Virus record (IMG/VR): IMGVR_UViG_3300030329_003334
Location: 1 to 64,000 of that record
Direction: 5' to 3' (one strand)
DNA from: a virus
DNA: 64,000 bases
The notes beneath the pieces are model-generated. The model was given only the letters and a program-made list of their open reading frames with translations, was not told where the DNA came from and did no database searches. A program made the translations under genes and the position numbers. This document shows positions 19,521-34,500 of this stretch, in pieces (the first letter of the stretch is position 1; every line of letters begins with the position of its first letter).

Positions 19521-22499
19521 ATGGGAGCAGGATATAAACCAACAACAGTACCGATTATAGATTATAAGTATAAAGTTCCATTTCAGGAACTTTTTACTGC
19601 ATTACAGTATAGACAAAAAAACTATGATGATAATGTAAAAGAATTAGATGCGTTAGAAGAATCATGGTTAACTCTAAGTTCTATACCTGGTGAAGAAGAT
19701 TTAGCTGCTAGAAAGAAAGCAGAATATGATTCTTATGTAAATCAAATAACTGAACAAGTAGGAGGAGATTTTAGTAGAGCAGATTCACTTATACGTAATG
19801 TATCTAGAACTCTAAAGAAAGATATGACTAGTGGTATGTTTGGTAAGATAGCTAATAATGCAGCTGCTTATAAAGCAATGAAAGAAGCCAATGATAAACG
19901 AGTTAAGTCTGGTAAAAAGGGACAAAGAATAACACAAAAGCAAGCAGATGCTGCTCTTATGATACAACTGAATAAATTTTATTCTGCTGGAGGTTCTGAA
20001 GCAGGAGCTACATTTAGTCCTTATAGTCCTGTGCCTTATTTTGATTTACAAAGCGCTGCTCAAGATTTTGTTGATAAATGGAAGCCTGATCAAGTAGTAG
20101 GTAATATTTATTTAGAACAAGCACAAAATGGAGATGCTATATTTAGACGAGTAGATACTAAAGAAATAGCTAGTGAAGATGAGATATTAACTGCAGTAAT
20201 GGCTCATTTAGAATCTAATGATATGGCATCTCAGTATGTAAATGAGTCGATAGCATTTGATATGTATGGAATTACTGATGATGATATAGCTACACCTGAA
20301 GGACAAGATAAAGTTAAACAAGCTAGAGAATCTTTGAAGAATTTCTATGATGAAGAGGATATACTTGCTATGTCTGATAAACAAGCATTAGTTGAAGCCA
20401 TGACTAAAAACACATATGCTAATGCTGCATTACCTTATGTATCTCAAGCTGGCTATGAACAAATATCTTCTCAAATATCTAATCTGCCAGAATCTTGGTA
20501 TAAGTTTGGAAATAATAAAGATGAGATATATTCTAATGTCTTTGTTAGTGAGTCTATGTTACCATTAGTTACAGGTCCTATAGGAGGTCATACATTCGAA
20601 AATACAGATCAACTTGAAGAATATGCTGAAAATTTAGATAGTCAAATAACTCAATTAGATATAGAAATACAGAAAATGGGAGAGGAGCTAATTGCTGATC
20701 CTGGAAATGAATCTATTGCTACACGTATAGGAGAACTTAGAGCTAGAAAAGGATTAGTTACATTAGCTAAAAATCAGTTTGAATCTCAGTATGGTCCTGT
20801 ATATCAAGATTTAGAATCTGCCAAAAATAGATTTATAGAAGAGAAGGGAGACGAGACTATGTACAATGATAATACTCCTACAAGAGGAGAATATATAGAG
20901 GCACTTACTAAGTTTAAACAGATAAATGGTTATAGTAATGATGGAGAAATGTGGCAAGATTTTACTAATTCTATAAAAGAGAGTAATCCTAGAATATATA
21001 AAATACTTACTGATGATGGTGAGAGGGCTAATGATAGTAATTATATTATGCAAGAGATGGATAGAATCTTTGGTCAATATTCTGGCGCTATTCACAAACC
21101 AGCTTTTGATAGAGCTAGAAAGAAGTTTTTTCATTCTCGTGGTTTTAATGGAGATAATTTTGAAAATATATTTTCAAAAGAAGCTGGATCTGAAGGACTA
21201 TTTACATCAGATCATGTTCTTAATTTGATGAATAACGATTACTGGATGAAGAAGTTTGTCGATAACCAAACTGAGATAGATTTAAATTCTATGCAATTAG
21301 CTGATCCTATAGAATATGCAGCAACTACATTTGCTGTTAGTCAAGAAGAAGGACATGAAGGAGAGCAATCTTCTTTATCTAAACTAATATCATCTAGTTA
21401 TCAAACAGATCCTCAAAATTTTGTAGTATTTGATGTAGGTGAAAATAAAGTATTAGATTATCCTGATAATCCAGCAAATTTAGTTATAACAGGAGTTTTA
21501 AACGATGTTAGTGGAGAAGGAGGTTATTGGTTAAAAGGATATATGCCTAAACTAGATGAGAATGATAATATAGTATATAATGCTCAAGGTATGCCTTTAT
21601 TTGATAAATCTTATTTGGTAGCTATGAATCCTTATATAGGAGGTAATAGTAGTATAATGAGAACTTTAGCTGATGGATTATCTAGAACAGGATCTGTAGA
21701 AGGAAGAGAAATGGCTAATAGATTATTTGGTCATTCATTTAGACAATCATTATCTTGGTTTGACTATCATGAACCTGATCAATCTGGGGCTACTCAATCT
21801 GTTGTTGCTAATATAGATCAAGATGATTATGTTAGAGTAGATAGAACATTAAATCTTAATACTCAAGCTCCTGAATTTAGATTATACCATCATGGAGGAT
21901 CCCAAGATGGAGATGTTATTAAAGATAGTAATGGAAGTGATATGATATTTTATTCTTTAGATGATGCTACTAATATGTATGAAGAGATTCATAAAGCTGC
22001 AAGTGGAACTCAAGATTTTAATCCTTATACAAATGAGTATCCTAGTTGGGTAGGAAGTGTGGGACAAGGAGGAATATTTACAAATGAAACTGCAGCTAAT
22101 ACTTATAAAATAGAAGCCAGATCTGCAGCTAATGGATTAGGATTAATAAATGCTTTTGATGCTGATAGTTTAAATATGAAGGTAGATAGCCAAGCTTATG
22201 CACCGTATATCTCAAGAGATTTAAAAACAGCTATAGATACAAGTGGATTAGGATCCCAGTTAAGCGGTGAGACATTAACTGGAGCTTTTAGAACTCCTCT
22301 ATATAATCAAATTTTAGCAAGTACAGATGAACATGTTTCTGAAAATAGTAAACATATGGAAGGTAAAGCTTTAGATATTCAGTATAGTGCTGAATTAGAA
22401 AGTTATTTAGAAGCAAATAAAGCTCGTTTACAAAATGAGGGTATTTCATTTTTAGTACACGGAGAAGGTAATCATATTCATATTCAGTATAATAAGTAA
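19521..22499 (+). CDS. Ejection/cargo protein with C-terminal peptidase M15-like domain
   Basis: AFRTPLYN...SKHMEGKALDI...NHIHIQ (H-x6-D and HxH zinc ligands). Confidence 0.8.
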   Translation: MGAGYKPTTVPIIDYKYKVPFQELFTALQYRQKNYDDNVKELDALEESWLTLSSIPGEEDLAARKKAEYDSYVNQITEQVGGDFSRADSLIRNVSRTLKKDMTSGMFGKIANNAAAYKAMKEANDKRVKSGKKGQRITQKQADAALMIQLNKFYSAGGSEAGATFSPYSPVPYFDLQSAAQDFVDKWKPDQVVGNIYLEQAQNGDAIFRRVDTKEIASEDEILTAVMAHLESNDMASQYVNESIAFDMYGITDDDIATPEGQDKVKQARESLKNFYDEEDILAMSDKQALVEAMTKNTYANAALPYVSQAGYEQISSQISNLPESWYKFGNNKDEIYSNVFVSESMLPLVTGPIGGHTFENTDQLEEYAENLDSQITQLDIEIQKMGEELIADPGNESIATRIGELRARKGLVTLAKNQFESQYGPVYQDLESAKNRFIEEKGDETMYNDNTPTRGEYIEALTKFKQINGYSNDGEMWQDFTNSIKESNPRIYKILTDDGERANDSNYIMQEMDRIFGQYSGAIHKPAFDRARKKFFHSRGFNGDNFENIFSKEAGSEGLFTSDHVLNLMNNDYWMKKFVDNQTEIDLNSMQLADPIEYAATTFAVSQEEGHEGEQSSLSKLISSSYQTDPQNFVVFDVGENKVLDYPDNPANLVITGVLNDVSGEGGYWLKGYMPKLDENDNIVYNAQGMPLFDKSYLVAMNPYIGGNSSIMRTLADGLSRTGSVEGREMANRLFGHSFRQSLSWFDYHEPDQSGATQSVVANIDQDDYVRVDRTLNLNTQAPEFRLYHHGGSQDGDVIKDSNGSDMIFYSLDDATNMYEEIHKAASGTQDFNPYTNEYPSWVGSVGQGGIFTNETAANTYKIEARSAANGLGLINAFDADSLNMKVDSQAYAPYISRDLKTAIDTSGLGSQLSGETLTGAFRTPLYNQILASTDEHVSENSKHMEGKALDIQYSAELESYLEANKARLQNEGISFLVHGEGNHIHIQYNK

Positions 22500-22504
22500 T
22501 TTCT

Positions 22505-25500
22505 ATGTCTAAAAAACAGCTAAATTATTCAGATCTAGCTAATAAAGCTATTAATAAGATTAATCCTGTTACTAATTTACCTACGGGAACTAGTATTACT
22601 AATAAGACTAGTAATATAATAGATCCATCTCCAGTAAAGACTACTTTAGATTATGCAGGTTTAAGAAATAAATCTAAAACTAGATCTTCTAGTTTATTAA
22701 AACCTATTAAAGCGCCTGGAATTGATTTAAAAGATTATAAATTAGTTCCTGAAGTAAGACTACATCAAGGTCAAGAAACTATTGATAGAATACGTGCTAA
22801 TAATCAACGATGGTATAAACAGTTAGGTAATTTTGTTGGACAAGCTCTTCTTGGAGAAGTAGTTGGAGGAGCTGTTATGGGATTCGGTGCTCTTGCAGAA
22901 CTTCCTAGTTTTATTATAGATTCAGCTCAAGGTAAAAGTGCAGATTTTGATAATGTTTTAATGAGTCTTGGTAATGATCTTAATGAGTGGACTAAAGAGA
23001 AAATGCCTATATATCAAGTTGCTCCTAATAAATCTTGGCAGATGGATGATTTTGGTTGGTGGATGGGTAATGGAGTTTCTATAGCATCTACTTTATCTTT
23101 AATGATTCCAGGTATGGCTGTAGTTAGAGGAGTAGGATGGTTAGGTAAAGCAATAAAAGTAGCTGATAAAATAGGAGATACTACTAAGTATTTTAGTAAA
23201 CTTGCAATTGGGGCTGGAACTATGAGGCATGGTGAGAATATGCGTGAGAGTTTTCAAGTAGCAAACGATGCTAGAAAATTAGCTTTAGATCAATTTAATA
23301 AGCCAGGAAATTATGAAGATTTTATAAATTCTGAGCATGGAAAAGATTTTATTAATTTTACTGGAGCTGATCCTGATGATCCTAATTCTAAAAAGCTAGC
23401 AGCTGATTATATTGCAGCTAAGGCAGGTTGGAGATCTTATAGAGTTAATTCTATTAATATTGTATTTGATGCATTACAAATAGCTCCTATGTTTAGAGGA
23501 TTTAAAGTAGGAACTAGAAATACTTTTGGAACTGCTAGTAAAGTAGCTAAGGCCCAAAGAACTGCATTAGGTAAACCAGATCCAGGAAGATTATCTAGAG
23601 CTTGGTCTTGGTCTAAGAGTACGTTAAATCCAGTTGTTTCTGCAACAGGTAGGCAATTAACAGAGGGTATTGAAGAAGGTATTAACTTTATTGGAGGTGA
23701 AGAAGGTACCTATAAAGCTGAAAAGATTTTAGGATTAGAAAATTCTAAATTTAGTTCTAGATTTGGTGAGTATATAAAAGATGGTCATTTATGGGAATCT
23801 GCATTTTGGGGAGTACTTGGAGGTATAGCTTTTGAAGGAGGTATTGGATTAACTCAAAGATGGACAGGTTCTAATAAGAATGGTCCTCATAGTGTTCCTG
23901 GAAAGATAGCAGAGATACAACAAAGAAAAGCATTTATTACACAAGCTACTAATAAACTTAGAGCTATACAAAATGCTGATCCTAGTTATACAGATATAAC
24001 AGGTGAATATAATTTTCAAAATATTACAGAAGAACAACGACAAGATCTTATAGCTGAAGTTAAAAGAGATATGGCATATAATTTAGGATTAAATGCTGCA
24101 GTAACAGGTAATATAGATTTACTATTAGAACAATTAGAGGATACTAAATTTCAAGAAAGTTTGATAGAATCTGGAGTTGTTGAAAAAGAAGGAATTGATC
24201 AGTTTATAGATGATATTAAAGAAGATGTATTAGAAGCTGAAGATGTTTATAAGAAACATGTGTCTAGATTTATTATGTCTTCTGCAACTGGCGCTGCTAA
24301 AAATTTACTTATAAATAAAAGTGTAGATTTAGATTTACAAAAAAGTAAAATAAATAAGACTAAACAAAAACTAGAAGAAAGAAATACAGAACTTAAACTT
24401 AAAGATACTACATATACTAAGTCTGAAGGAAATATGGACTTAGCTGTTAGAAAAGCAGCATTACAATTATCTAAAGCACAAATGATGATTGAAATGGCTA
24501 GAGCAGATGGGTTAAAGTTTAAATCTGAAGAGGCTAAAACAGAGGCTATTAATAGATATAAAAAGATTATAGAAAATATAGATAGTAAATTAAATGAAAT
24601 TGATTCTCAGGTTAAAGAATCTGGAGAAAAATTACCATCTGTTCAGGGTGTAGATGAACGTATTATAGATAATCAAGCAGCTATAGAAGGATATGATATT
24701 GCTGAAGATGTTATATCAGGTGATATAGCTAGTTTAAAAACTAAAAAAGAAGCAGAAAGAGCAGAAAAAGAAATAAAAGAACAAGCAGAAAGATCAAAAG
24801 AACTACAAGTTAAATTAGCTGAAGAAGCTATTAAGGATAGTTCTTTAGGACTTACTGATAATTCTTCTGCTGTAGAAATTAGAGAAGCTATTGAGAAATT
24901 AAAGGAAACTGAAAAAGGATTTAGAGATAAAGGAATGGAAGAGCCTGCTGATATTCTGTCTAAAAAAATTAAAGAATTAGAAGATAGAATAGGGTCAGGA
25001 GAAAAGAAAAATGAAGTAAAACGTTCTAAGAAAGAGACTAAAGGTGATCAAGCTGATCCTCCTAATCCTAATGAAACTGAAGCAGAAAAACTAGAAAGAT
25101 TAGAAAGACAAGGATTATTACCTAATCAAACTGATAAGGATATTGATGATATGAATCCTACTGTTGAAGATAGTATTACTGAAGATAATACAGAACAACA
25201 AACACAAGACGAAACTGTAGAAGTAATCTCAGAAACTGAAAATAATCCTATTGAATTTCCAGATCCTATATCTATCGGAGAAACTGAGATATTTACTTTT
25301 ATAGGAAGTTTAATTTATAATAGAGATCTTTCTACTAAAGGAGTTGTTCAAGTAAGTGATGCTATAGTTAAAGCATTAAAAGCTATTATGGATCTTAAAG
25401 TAGGCGATAAACTACAAGTAATAGCAGTTAATAAAAATGATATTGAATTACGTGATAGTAAAGGTAATGTTATAGGCTACCTTAATTCAGTTAGAGGTAA

Positions 25501-28500
25501 AGAAGCTCTTCTTAAAAAAGCTAAAAACGCATTAAAAACAGCAGAAAATAAAGAGGAAAAAGAATATCATGCAAGGAGAGTTAAAAGTATAGAAACAGAG
25601 ATTGCAACTATTAAGAGTATACGTGAATCTCTTGATCAGCTATGGACTGATGGTGTTATTAAGGAAGGAGATAGAGTAGGTGAAATGGAAGTTACTGATA
25701 AATTGAGAGGCCAACTTATAACCAATGAAGTAGAAGGAGCAAAACAATTTAGAGGTATAAATCAAGCTTTTGGTAAGAAGATAAGTCTTTATATGAATCA
25801 AAAAGAGACTGTACGCCAATTAGAACCTATATATGATGCTGATGGAAATGCAGTTCCTGTATTTGTTGGTTCTGGAATATCAGCTCCTATGTTTGGACCT
25901 GGTGTTATTTATACATTAGTTCAAGATGATACAGGCGGTCCACCAATGGCAGTACCTCTTTCTACGGCTAATGTAGATGCAAGACATGCTGAGTTTGTAT
26001 GGGAGGCTTTACTTGAATTAGCTAATCGTATGAATAAAAGAGCTGATGGTAAGTATATAAATGATCTTAGAAATAAAGAAATAAAAGATCTTAAAGATCT
26101 TATAAATGAGATAACTCTTACTGGTTCTACAATGGGTATTAAAATCCATAATGAAAAGATTGAGATACCTATGCCTGATGGTAATGTATTACAATTATAT
26201 TTTAGAGAAAAAGGACAAGGTAATATGAAAGGCGCTCCTGTAAAAGGAGGATTTAATTTAAGGATTCTTACAGCTGATGAAGCTTCTGGTAAAGTAGATA
26301 AAGTTAAAGGAAATTTTGTTTATGGTGCTAAAAGTATGGCAGATATTAAAACATTAACTTTAGCAGCTCTTACTAATTTAAAACGTCAAGTAAATAAAAA
26401 GAATTTTACTAAGAAAGGTAAATATAAATCTCCATTAACTGCTAATCTTAAATCTCCAATACTTGAAAATACTGGACAAGAGTATGATAGTTATTATGAT
26501 TACCTAACTCAAGAACAAACTGATGATGGGTTACCTGTATTAAGAACCGATGTAGGAGCTGTTATTAATGAAAAGAATAATGTTATTAGCCATTTTGTAG
26601 ACACAAGAGTTAGAATGTCTAATTTTAAATTTTTAGCAGGTATATCACCTTCAGGTCCTGGTAGAGGAAAAGTAGATGAGGAACTTCCAGGAGGTCCTGG
26701 AGCTCAAGAGATTCAACGAAAAGCGATGGAGAGATTAGCTGAAGAAGAAGAAGCTCCACCAGATGTAACGGCAAAAGATGTATCTGAAGGATTGAAAGAA
26801 AGTTTAGGAGAACAGTTTTTAAATAAAGAGGATATTAAAGGTATGAATATAGATCCTTTTGATGATGCTTTTGATAAATTATCTCGGAGAGATTTAGACG
26901 AATTAAATGATAATCTTGATCGCGCAGTAACAGAGAGAGATATTACAGAAGGATATGATAAAGAAGATGTAGATAGAGCCGAGAAGTGGTTTAAAAAGAA
27001 TCTTCCTCACGTACCTTTTAGTGTAGTTGATGGATTAATTAAAGAAGGTCCTACTGCATTTGGGAGATTTCATAATGCTGCTGTATCTTTATCTAATATA
27101 GCTAAAGAGGGTACTGCATATCATGAAGCATTCCATGCTGTATTTCATATGTATTTAAATCCTGTACAAAGACAGGAGTTATTAAAAGAAGCTAAAGAAA
27201 GATATGGTATAGAATATATGGATCTTAGTACTAATTCAGCTTTAAGAAATAAAGCTTTATTCGCTTTACTTAGAGAGAAATTACCTGGGTATGATGCGAA
27301 TACTCTTAAGAAACTTATAACTAAGAGAGTTATACCTCCTGATGTATATACAACTCCAGGAAATATAGATGAAAATACTGGTATTTTCTTGTTTATGAAT
27401 AAAAAAGAATATGCTGCCAAAAAGAAAGATACAGAAGATGCAATAGCTAGGATGGATCAAAATGCAATACAGCTTGATAAACTCTATTCGGATTTATTAT
27501 TAGGAATACCATTGGTTGATAGAACTAAGGAGGCTATTATGAAAATTGCAGAAAGACTATCAGATTATAGTAGCGAATGGAATTATTTTATTAATATGGC
27601 CAAGGAAATAACTGGATCTGAGGGATTATTGGAATTTATGGCTGAGGCGAAAGATCAATTAAATAAAGAGCTAAATAATATATATGATCGTAGTGCTAAC
27701 TTAGAATCTGAATTAAATCTTTTAAATGAATTCGAACAGCTTGTAAAAAATAAAGAACTTGATGAAATTAGTATAGGAATAAAAGCTTCAGAGATTGTAT
27801 TAGAGGAAAAACTTGCTGATGAGTTTATGACTTATATGCAAACTGGTGTAGAAGACACAAGTTGGACTGGAAGGATTAAGCAGTTCTTTAAAGATTTATT
27901 ACAGTATTTTAAAAATTTATTAGGTATAGGATCTGCTATAGATAGATTATTCTATGATATAAAGACAGCTAAATTTACATATAAGCCTGATGAAGCTGCT
28001 GTAAATCATGCTAAAAAAGTAGTAATGAATAGAGATGTGGAAGGAGAGCGAGTACCTGATAATAATATTCCTTCAGAAGGGTTTACAGATGCTGAAGAGA
28101 GAGCTTTACTAAATAAATTACCTGCTTTATATTATATGGTTAAGCAAAAAATGAATGCTAAAGCTGTTGCAGAAGCAAATCGAACTGGCGAAAGAGTTAA
28201 GCAGCCTGCTTTAGATGATATTAAAGCAGGAGTTATATCGTTATTATCTGCTAGATCTAAAATAGTAGATAATGTTACACATCAAAGAAACTTACTTAGA
28301 ACAATACAAGCTTTAAATAAAAGCGATTCTGATTTATGGAATAAAACTATAGGTATTGTTGCAAGAGATTATCAAGTTACTTCTAATTCTTTAGTTCAAG
28401 GATTAGAAGATGCTATATTAAACGATGAGTTAGAAGGAATGAATTCTGATGATCTTGCAGAAATTAAAAGAAATTGGGATGATGGAACTACAATGGGTAC

Positions 28501-31500
28501 AGATCAGAAAACAAGAGCAACAGGTGAAGTTAGATCTGTTGTTAGAATGACTCAATCAATTGAAGATATAGTTATTAATAAAGATGGAACTGTACAATAT
28601 ATAACTGAAAAAGATGATTTCTTAGGTTTAACTAATTTTTTAGATTTTGATAAAGTATATCCTTATTTAGCTGCTAACTTAGCTGGTATACAGAATGGAG
28701 AACAATTATTATTAAGACTAGAAGAACTCTCTAAATTTGATGTAAGTTTATTAAAACTTAAAAATCAAATAGATCCAGGATACTTAACTCCTAGAGAGCA
28801 AGAATTAAGTACCACAGAAAAACAAGTAATAAAAGAAAAGAAGAAAATATTATTAGCTAAATTTACTGTTACGTTTGCTAAACAAACTCCTACTATGGAT
28901 GTAGATTTAGTATCTGAACGTGGAAAAACAACAGTACATAAACCTTCTAGAGCAAATAATAATGATACTAAAGTTATATTAACAACTAAATGGATTTCTA
29001 ATATATTAACTAAGCATAGAAATAAAGAAGTAGATGTTAAGGCTTTAGCTAATGATATAAAGAAAATAGCTAGTCAGATATATATCGCTAATCAATTAGA
29101 CGATGCAGGACTCAAAAAATTATCTCAAGATATATCTAAAACTTTTGAAAAATTAGGTATAAATCTTATGGAGGGTACAACAAATAAAATGTCAGAAGCT
29201 ATTTTTAACGCTCTTTCTAATCCTGTATTTTTAATAAGGCATAAAACAGTTGGAGGTATTTTACAAAATGTTTTCTTATCGCCATTAGCTTGGGCAGCAG
29301 ATAATTTAGCAAAAAAAGATGTTGTATTTGATCAAGTAGGATCTCTAAGAGCTCTTGCTCAAGCTGTTAGATTTTTTAAATATGATATTATACAAAATAC
29401 TAGTTTAAATGTAGAGAATAAAACTCAATATACTGTTAGTGATTCTAATTTTATGTCTGATTTTTTTGCTAGATGGAAATCTGATAATCCTAGTGAGCGA
29501 TTTGCTTTAGCAGATGATATAGATATATTATTGGATATGCCTAGTATGAAGCATTCTAATTGGCTTAAACTAATGGTTCGGTATAATGAAGATGGTTCTA
29601 TTATGAGAATGGATGATGGAACTCCTATACTAAATGATGAGTTTTTTGAATTATTTGATTATTCTTATGAAGATGGATTAAAAAATACTGATAATAATAA
29701 AGGTATTAAGTATACTAATATGGAAGATGCGGATTGGTATTACTTAAATTTAGCCAAATTTATTAATGGTTTAGGAAGAACGGCAGCAGAAAATTGGTCT
29801 AAATTTCCTCAGCCTATTCCTTCAGATTCGAGTAATATTATATATATAACTGCTCCTAGATATAAAGGACAATTTATATACGAAAAAAAGAAAGCAGAAG
29901 AAGAAGGACAAGAAGATACAGAAGTATCTACTAATATATTAAGAACAGATTCTGGCTTGTCTAAAGCTTTGTTAAATTTAGTTAAACAAGAAGTACATGC
30001 TATGCATCAAGCTCAGTTATTATTATTTGAATTTGATTCTGAAGGTAATATAAAACTAGATGAGTTTGGTAAACCTATTATTAAAGAAGATTTAGATTAT
30101 AGAATTTTACAAAAAGATGTACATTATAAACAAGGTCCTAATGGAGAGAAGTTGATATTAGACGAAGATGGTTATCCGTTAGGAGAAATATTTAAGTTTA
30201 ATAGTTTTGTAGGTTTGAATAATATTATAGGAATACGTTCTCATGTAAGTCCTAGAACAGGTAAGGGTTTTATTAAGAATTTAGGTATAGGTAATGCTGA
30301 GATTAAAGCTATTAATGGAGTTATACAAAATACTTTAACTGATGAAATGTTACAACTTCAAGCTAATCCTGTATTTATGGCTCAAGTTTCTAAATTATGG
30401 GCATTAGCTAAAACTACTTATGCTACTAAAGAACATTTTATTATAGATTTTTTAGGTAATCAAAAAATATCTTTAGTAGAATCTCAAAATTGGTTTGCTG
30501 GTAATATAGCTGAGTTTAAGAATAAACAAGATAGTACTAAGAGAGCAAAACAAACTAATTCTCCTGGTATGAAACAAGCGGGTATATTTACTAATCCTAT
30601 GTTTGGTGTTATTGTTATTAAAGATTTAGTATTACCTTCTCAAGATATAGAAACAATAGCTACTACTCTTAAAGACGATATACAAAAAAGAAAGAATTAT
30701 AAAGGAACTGATGCAGAATTTAATATGGATAATATTATAGCAGAAAATCCTCAAAGTAGTCTTGAACGAGAAGTATATAGAATTGCTCGTCATTATTTAG
30801 CTATTAATACAGGTGATGCTCAGGGTTATGTAAGCTGGGAAAGGTATAAAAGACAGCTTAAAGATAATGCTATGTGGAATGATGATATAGCATTGATTGT
30901 TAAAAAAATAGATAATGATGAGTATATTACTCCTGAAGAGTTAAATGCTATTATGCAGCCTTTAAAAGGATTTTATTATAATAGATCTATTGATAAGAAT
31001 ACAAACAGATTAAGATCTAGACAACTTAAATATTCTACGGTACCTTTGATTCCTCAATTAATTAAAGGCACAGATCTAGAGATTTTAGCAGATAAAATGG
31101 ATGCATATGGTATAGACGAAACTGTATTTGAATCTGCATCTAAAGTAGGTACTTTAAGTGTATTTAAACTTCATGACGAAAATGGTCGTATACTTCCTGA
31201 TATATTTGAAGAGTTAGTTATGGCAGATGAATTCCATGTAGAATTATTAGATAATAATAGATGGATGAGGCAGCAAGATGTTCCTACTAAATTAGAACAA
31301 GTTACTGGAACATTAGGTACTCAGATAAAAGATTTGATTTTTACTAATTTATCTAATGATTCTATATATAAAGTAGCATTTAGTGAAATTTCTTTTACAG
31401 GTAAAGAGTTATTACAAAAGAATCTTGCTATAGCAGCAGCTAATATCGAAGAAGATGCTATGAATCTTTTAATGGAGATTGGGGCTGAAATAGTAGAAGA

Positions 31501-34500
31501 TTCAACAGCAGTTGGAGGTATACGAGTTATATTTAAAAATAATAAGAAAGTAAGAGCTTTATTAATAAGAGAGTTAACTAAGAGAGGACTTAATGATAAT
31601 TATATAAAAGCTATTTTACCTAAACCAGGTACAGATGAATTTAATTTACCTTTATTTTTCTCAGGAATGGCATCTAAATTTGAATCAGTATTACTTTCTT
31701 TATTTACAAATAATGTAACTAATCAAAAGTTTCCAGGATTTACTTCTGTTCAATTTTCTGGAGCATTCTTTAGAACTGGTAAGAAAGCAAGCGAATCTGT
31801 TCAAGCTCTGAATGAAGAGAGAATGCAAGGAGTTGAATATATTGATGGACATGATGCAAGCCAAAGATTAAGAACTACTAGAGATTCTGAATCTGGAATT
31901 ATAACAGCTGAAGTTATTGTATCTCGTCCTAATATGTTTAATCGACCAGATGGTACTCCTATTCCTATTAATGAAATAGATCCTGAAGTATTAGAAATGA
32001 TTGGGTATCGTATTCCTACTGAAGCTAAGCATTCTATGGTAGTATTTAAAGTAGTAGGATTTACTCCTGCAGCTACAGGTGATATAATTATTTTACCTGA
32101 TGATATTATAGCTCAAACTGGATCCGATTTTGATATTGATAAGATGCAAGTTATGGTATATACTTCTGAAAATGGTAAGAAGATTCACTATGATGATGAT
32201 AAAAGTCCTTCGGAAAATAGTAGAGATCAGAGAAATAATGGTTTATTAGATACGTTTATGTCTGTATTAAAAAATAGATATCATTTATCAGAGATGTTAG
32301 ATACAGGTAATTTTGATGATCTTAAAGAGATCAGAGAGGAGATGGATAATATTGATAATATAAAGGAAGAAACATTTGATATATCTTCATTTTCAGGACA
32401 AGATGAAATGCGTAAAAGAAATATATCTGGTAGAATACTTAAAGGTATATCTGCTACATTTAATAAGTTTGGAGCTATTGCTCAAAATACTAAGATGGTT
32501 TTATCTGAACCTTTTATTTGGAAATATAGATTAACAGAAATAGATGAAGCATCTGGTATAGAAATTAAGAGAAATGTAGAAGATTTTAAAGCTAGATATG
32601 GTGAAGAAAATGTTAGAGTAGAAGGTGAGTTTATTATTGTTACACATGAATTAATAGGTTGGACTAGAGACAATACACATTTAAATGCAAATGGTGATTT
32701 AGTTCTTAAACATTCAGCTCAAGGTATTACTGGTGCTGTTGATATTAGTAGTGATCCTACATTTAGTTCTTTTAATGTAAAAGCTTTTACTTATCCTATG
32801 GTAGCTGCAGCTACTTTAGTAGGTATTCCTTGGAAAGATATAGCTTGGTTAACTAAACAACAGATTGTAAAAGAAGTACAAGATAAATACTATGAAGCTA
32901 GAGGTATTCTTGGGGATAATACTCCTGTTCATCAAATAATTAGAGATATTAGAAATTCGTTTTTAAACGTATCTACTAATCCTACTTATCAAGGTAAATT
33001 ATTTGCTTTATTATCTGATGAAAAACAAAAACAAATATTAACTTTATTAAATAGAGCTAAGAAAGGTGATATATCATGGTCAGATTACTTTAATAAAAGA
33101 GCAGAAATAATAGGTATTTCTGAAGAAGTTGTTCCTTTAAGTAAAAACGAATTGAAAGATTTATACTTAACAAGTAAAAATTTCGATAACTTAACTAAAG
33201 AAGAAAAAATAGAGTATTATAAAAAACAATTACAAGTATTAAATAATTTCGAATATTTTAGAAAAATAGGTAGTGCTGTTAGTTCTACAGTATCAATTAC
33301 TAAAGCTGATACTATAGGAGCAGGACCACAAATGACTGTTACTTCTAATTTTGAACGGCAATTAGATTCTCATTTCGATAATGATGGTTCAATACAGGTT
33401 GAATTGGAAAATGGTGAATTAATAGATGCTGCTTTAGCTTTGCATCCTTCTTATTTTGGTAGAGATGCAGAATCTGTATATCCTACTTTAGATACTGTAT
33501 ATAGATTCTCTAATCAATTAAGTATAAAATCTGTAGGACAACATTTTATAGAACAACATCCTAGTTTTAGAATGATACTAGATGGAGTTATGGAAACTTT
33601 AAGAGGAGATAGATTCTTTAAATATGATGATAGAATAGAAGCGATAGTTAGAAATTGGGTAGTATCTTATCTTTTAAAAGATGCAGATATATTTAGTGAT
33701 TTAAGTGATTCTGATAAAAGAGATATACTTGGAATTACTTCTAAAGAAGATAGAAATATAACATCTTTAGCTGAAGATATAGCTAGTATTCAAAAGAGAT
33801 TTCCTAGTTTAGCACAATCAGATGGTCATATATTAGCTTTTTTAAATCCTAAATTATCTGAAAAAGATAAAAAGAATAATAATGGTATAGAATTTATAGA
33901 AGTTAATGAAATACCTAAAGATACTGTTATACAGAATCATATAAGTAGATCTCTTTTAAGAATGTATAGAGGCACTGCATTAGATGCTGATGGTAGATCT
34001 TTACCAGAAGATGTAAGAGAAGAATTACAAAGAATAGCTAAAAAGATTCTTCAATATGAATTTATAACTAGAGGATTAAACTTTGGACGTAATTCTTTAA
34101 CTGAAGTTATTGATACTAATATTAAATTGGACGAGCAATTAGGAGCGCATCTTGAAAGAAAATTACAGAGTTTTAATATGGGTAATGATCCTATGAAAAC
34201 AGGTGAAGAAAATTTAAATGAATTAATTCATAAAATTATACGAGCTAATTGGTTTAGACATGATATGGTTCCTAGAGTTAAAAGAAAAACTACTAAAGTA
34301 TTACGTTGGGATAAGAAGACTAGACAATATCAAGGTAAAGTAGAAACTGTTAGAGGTACAGGTAATTGGGTTCCTAATAGAGATGGTATTATTGTAACTG
34401 AAGGCAGAAAAAAATTAGATAAAGAACCTCCTAATGTTAGAAATTCACAGTATGTATATGTTCCTATATATAAGAAAATTACTCGTGGTAAAAATAAAGG

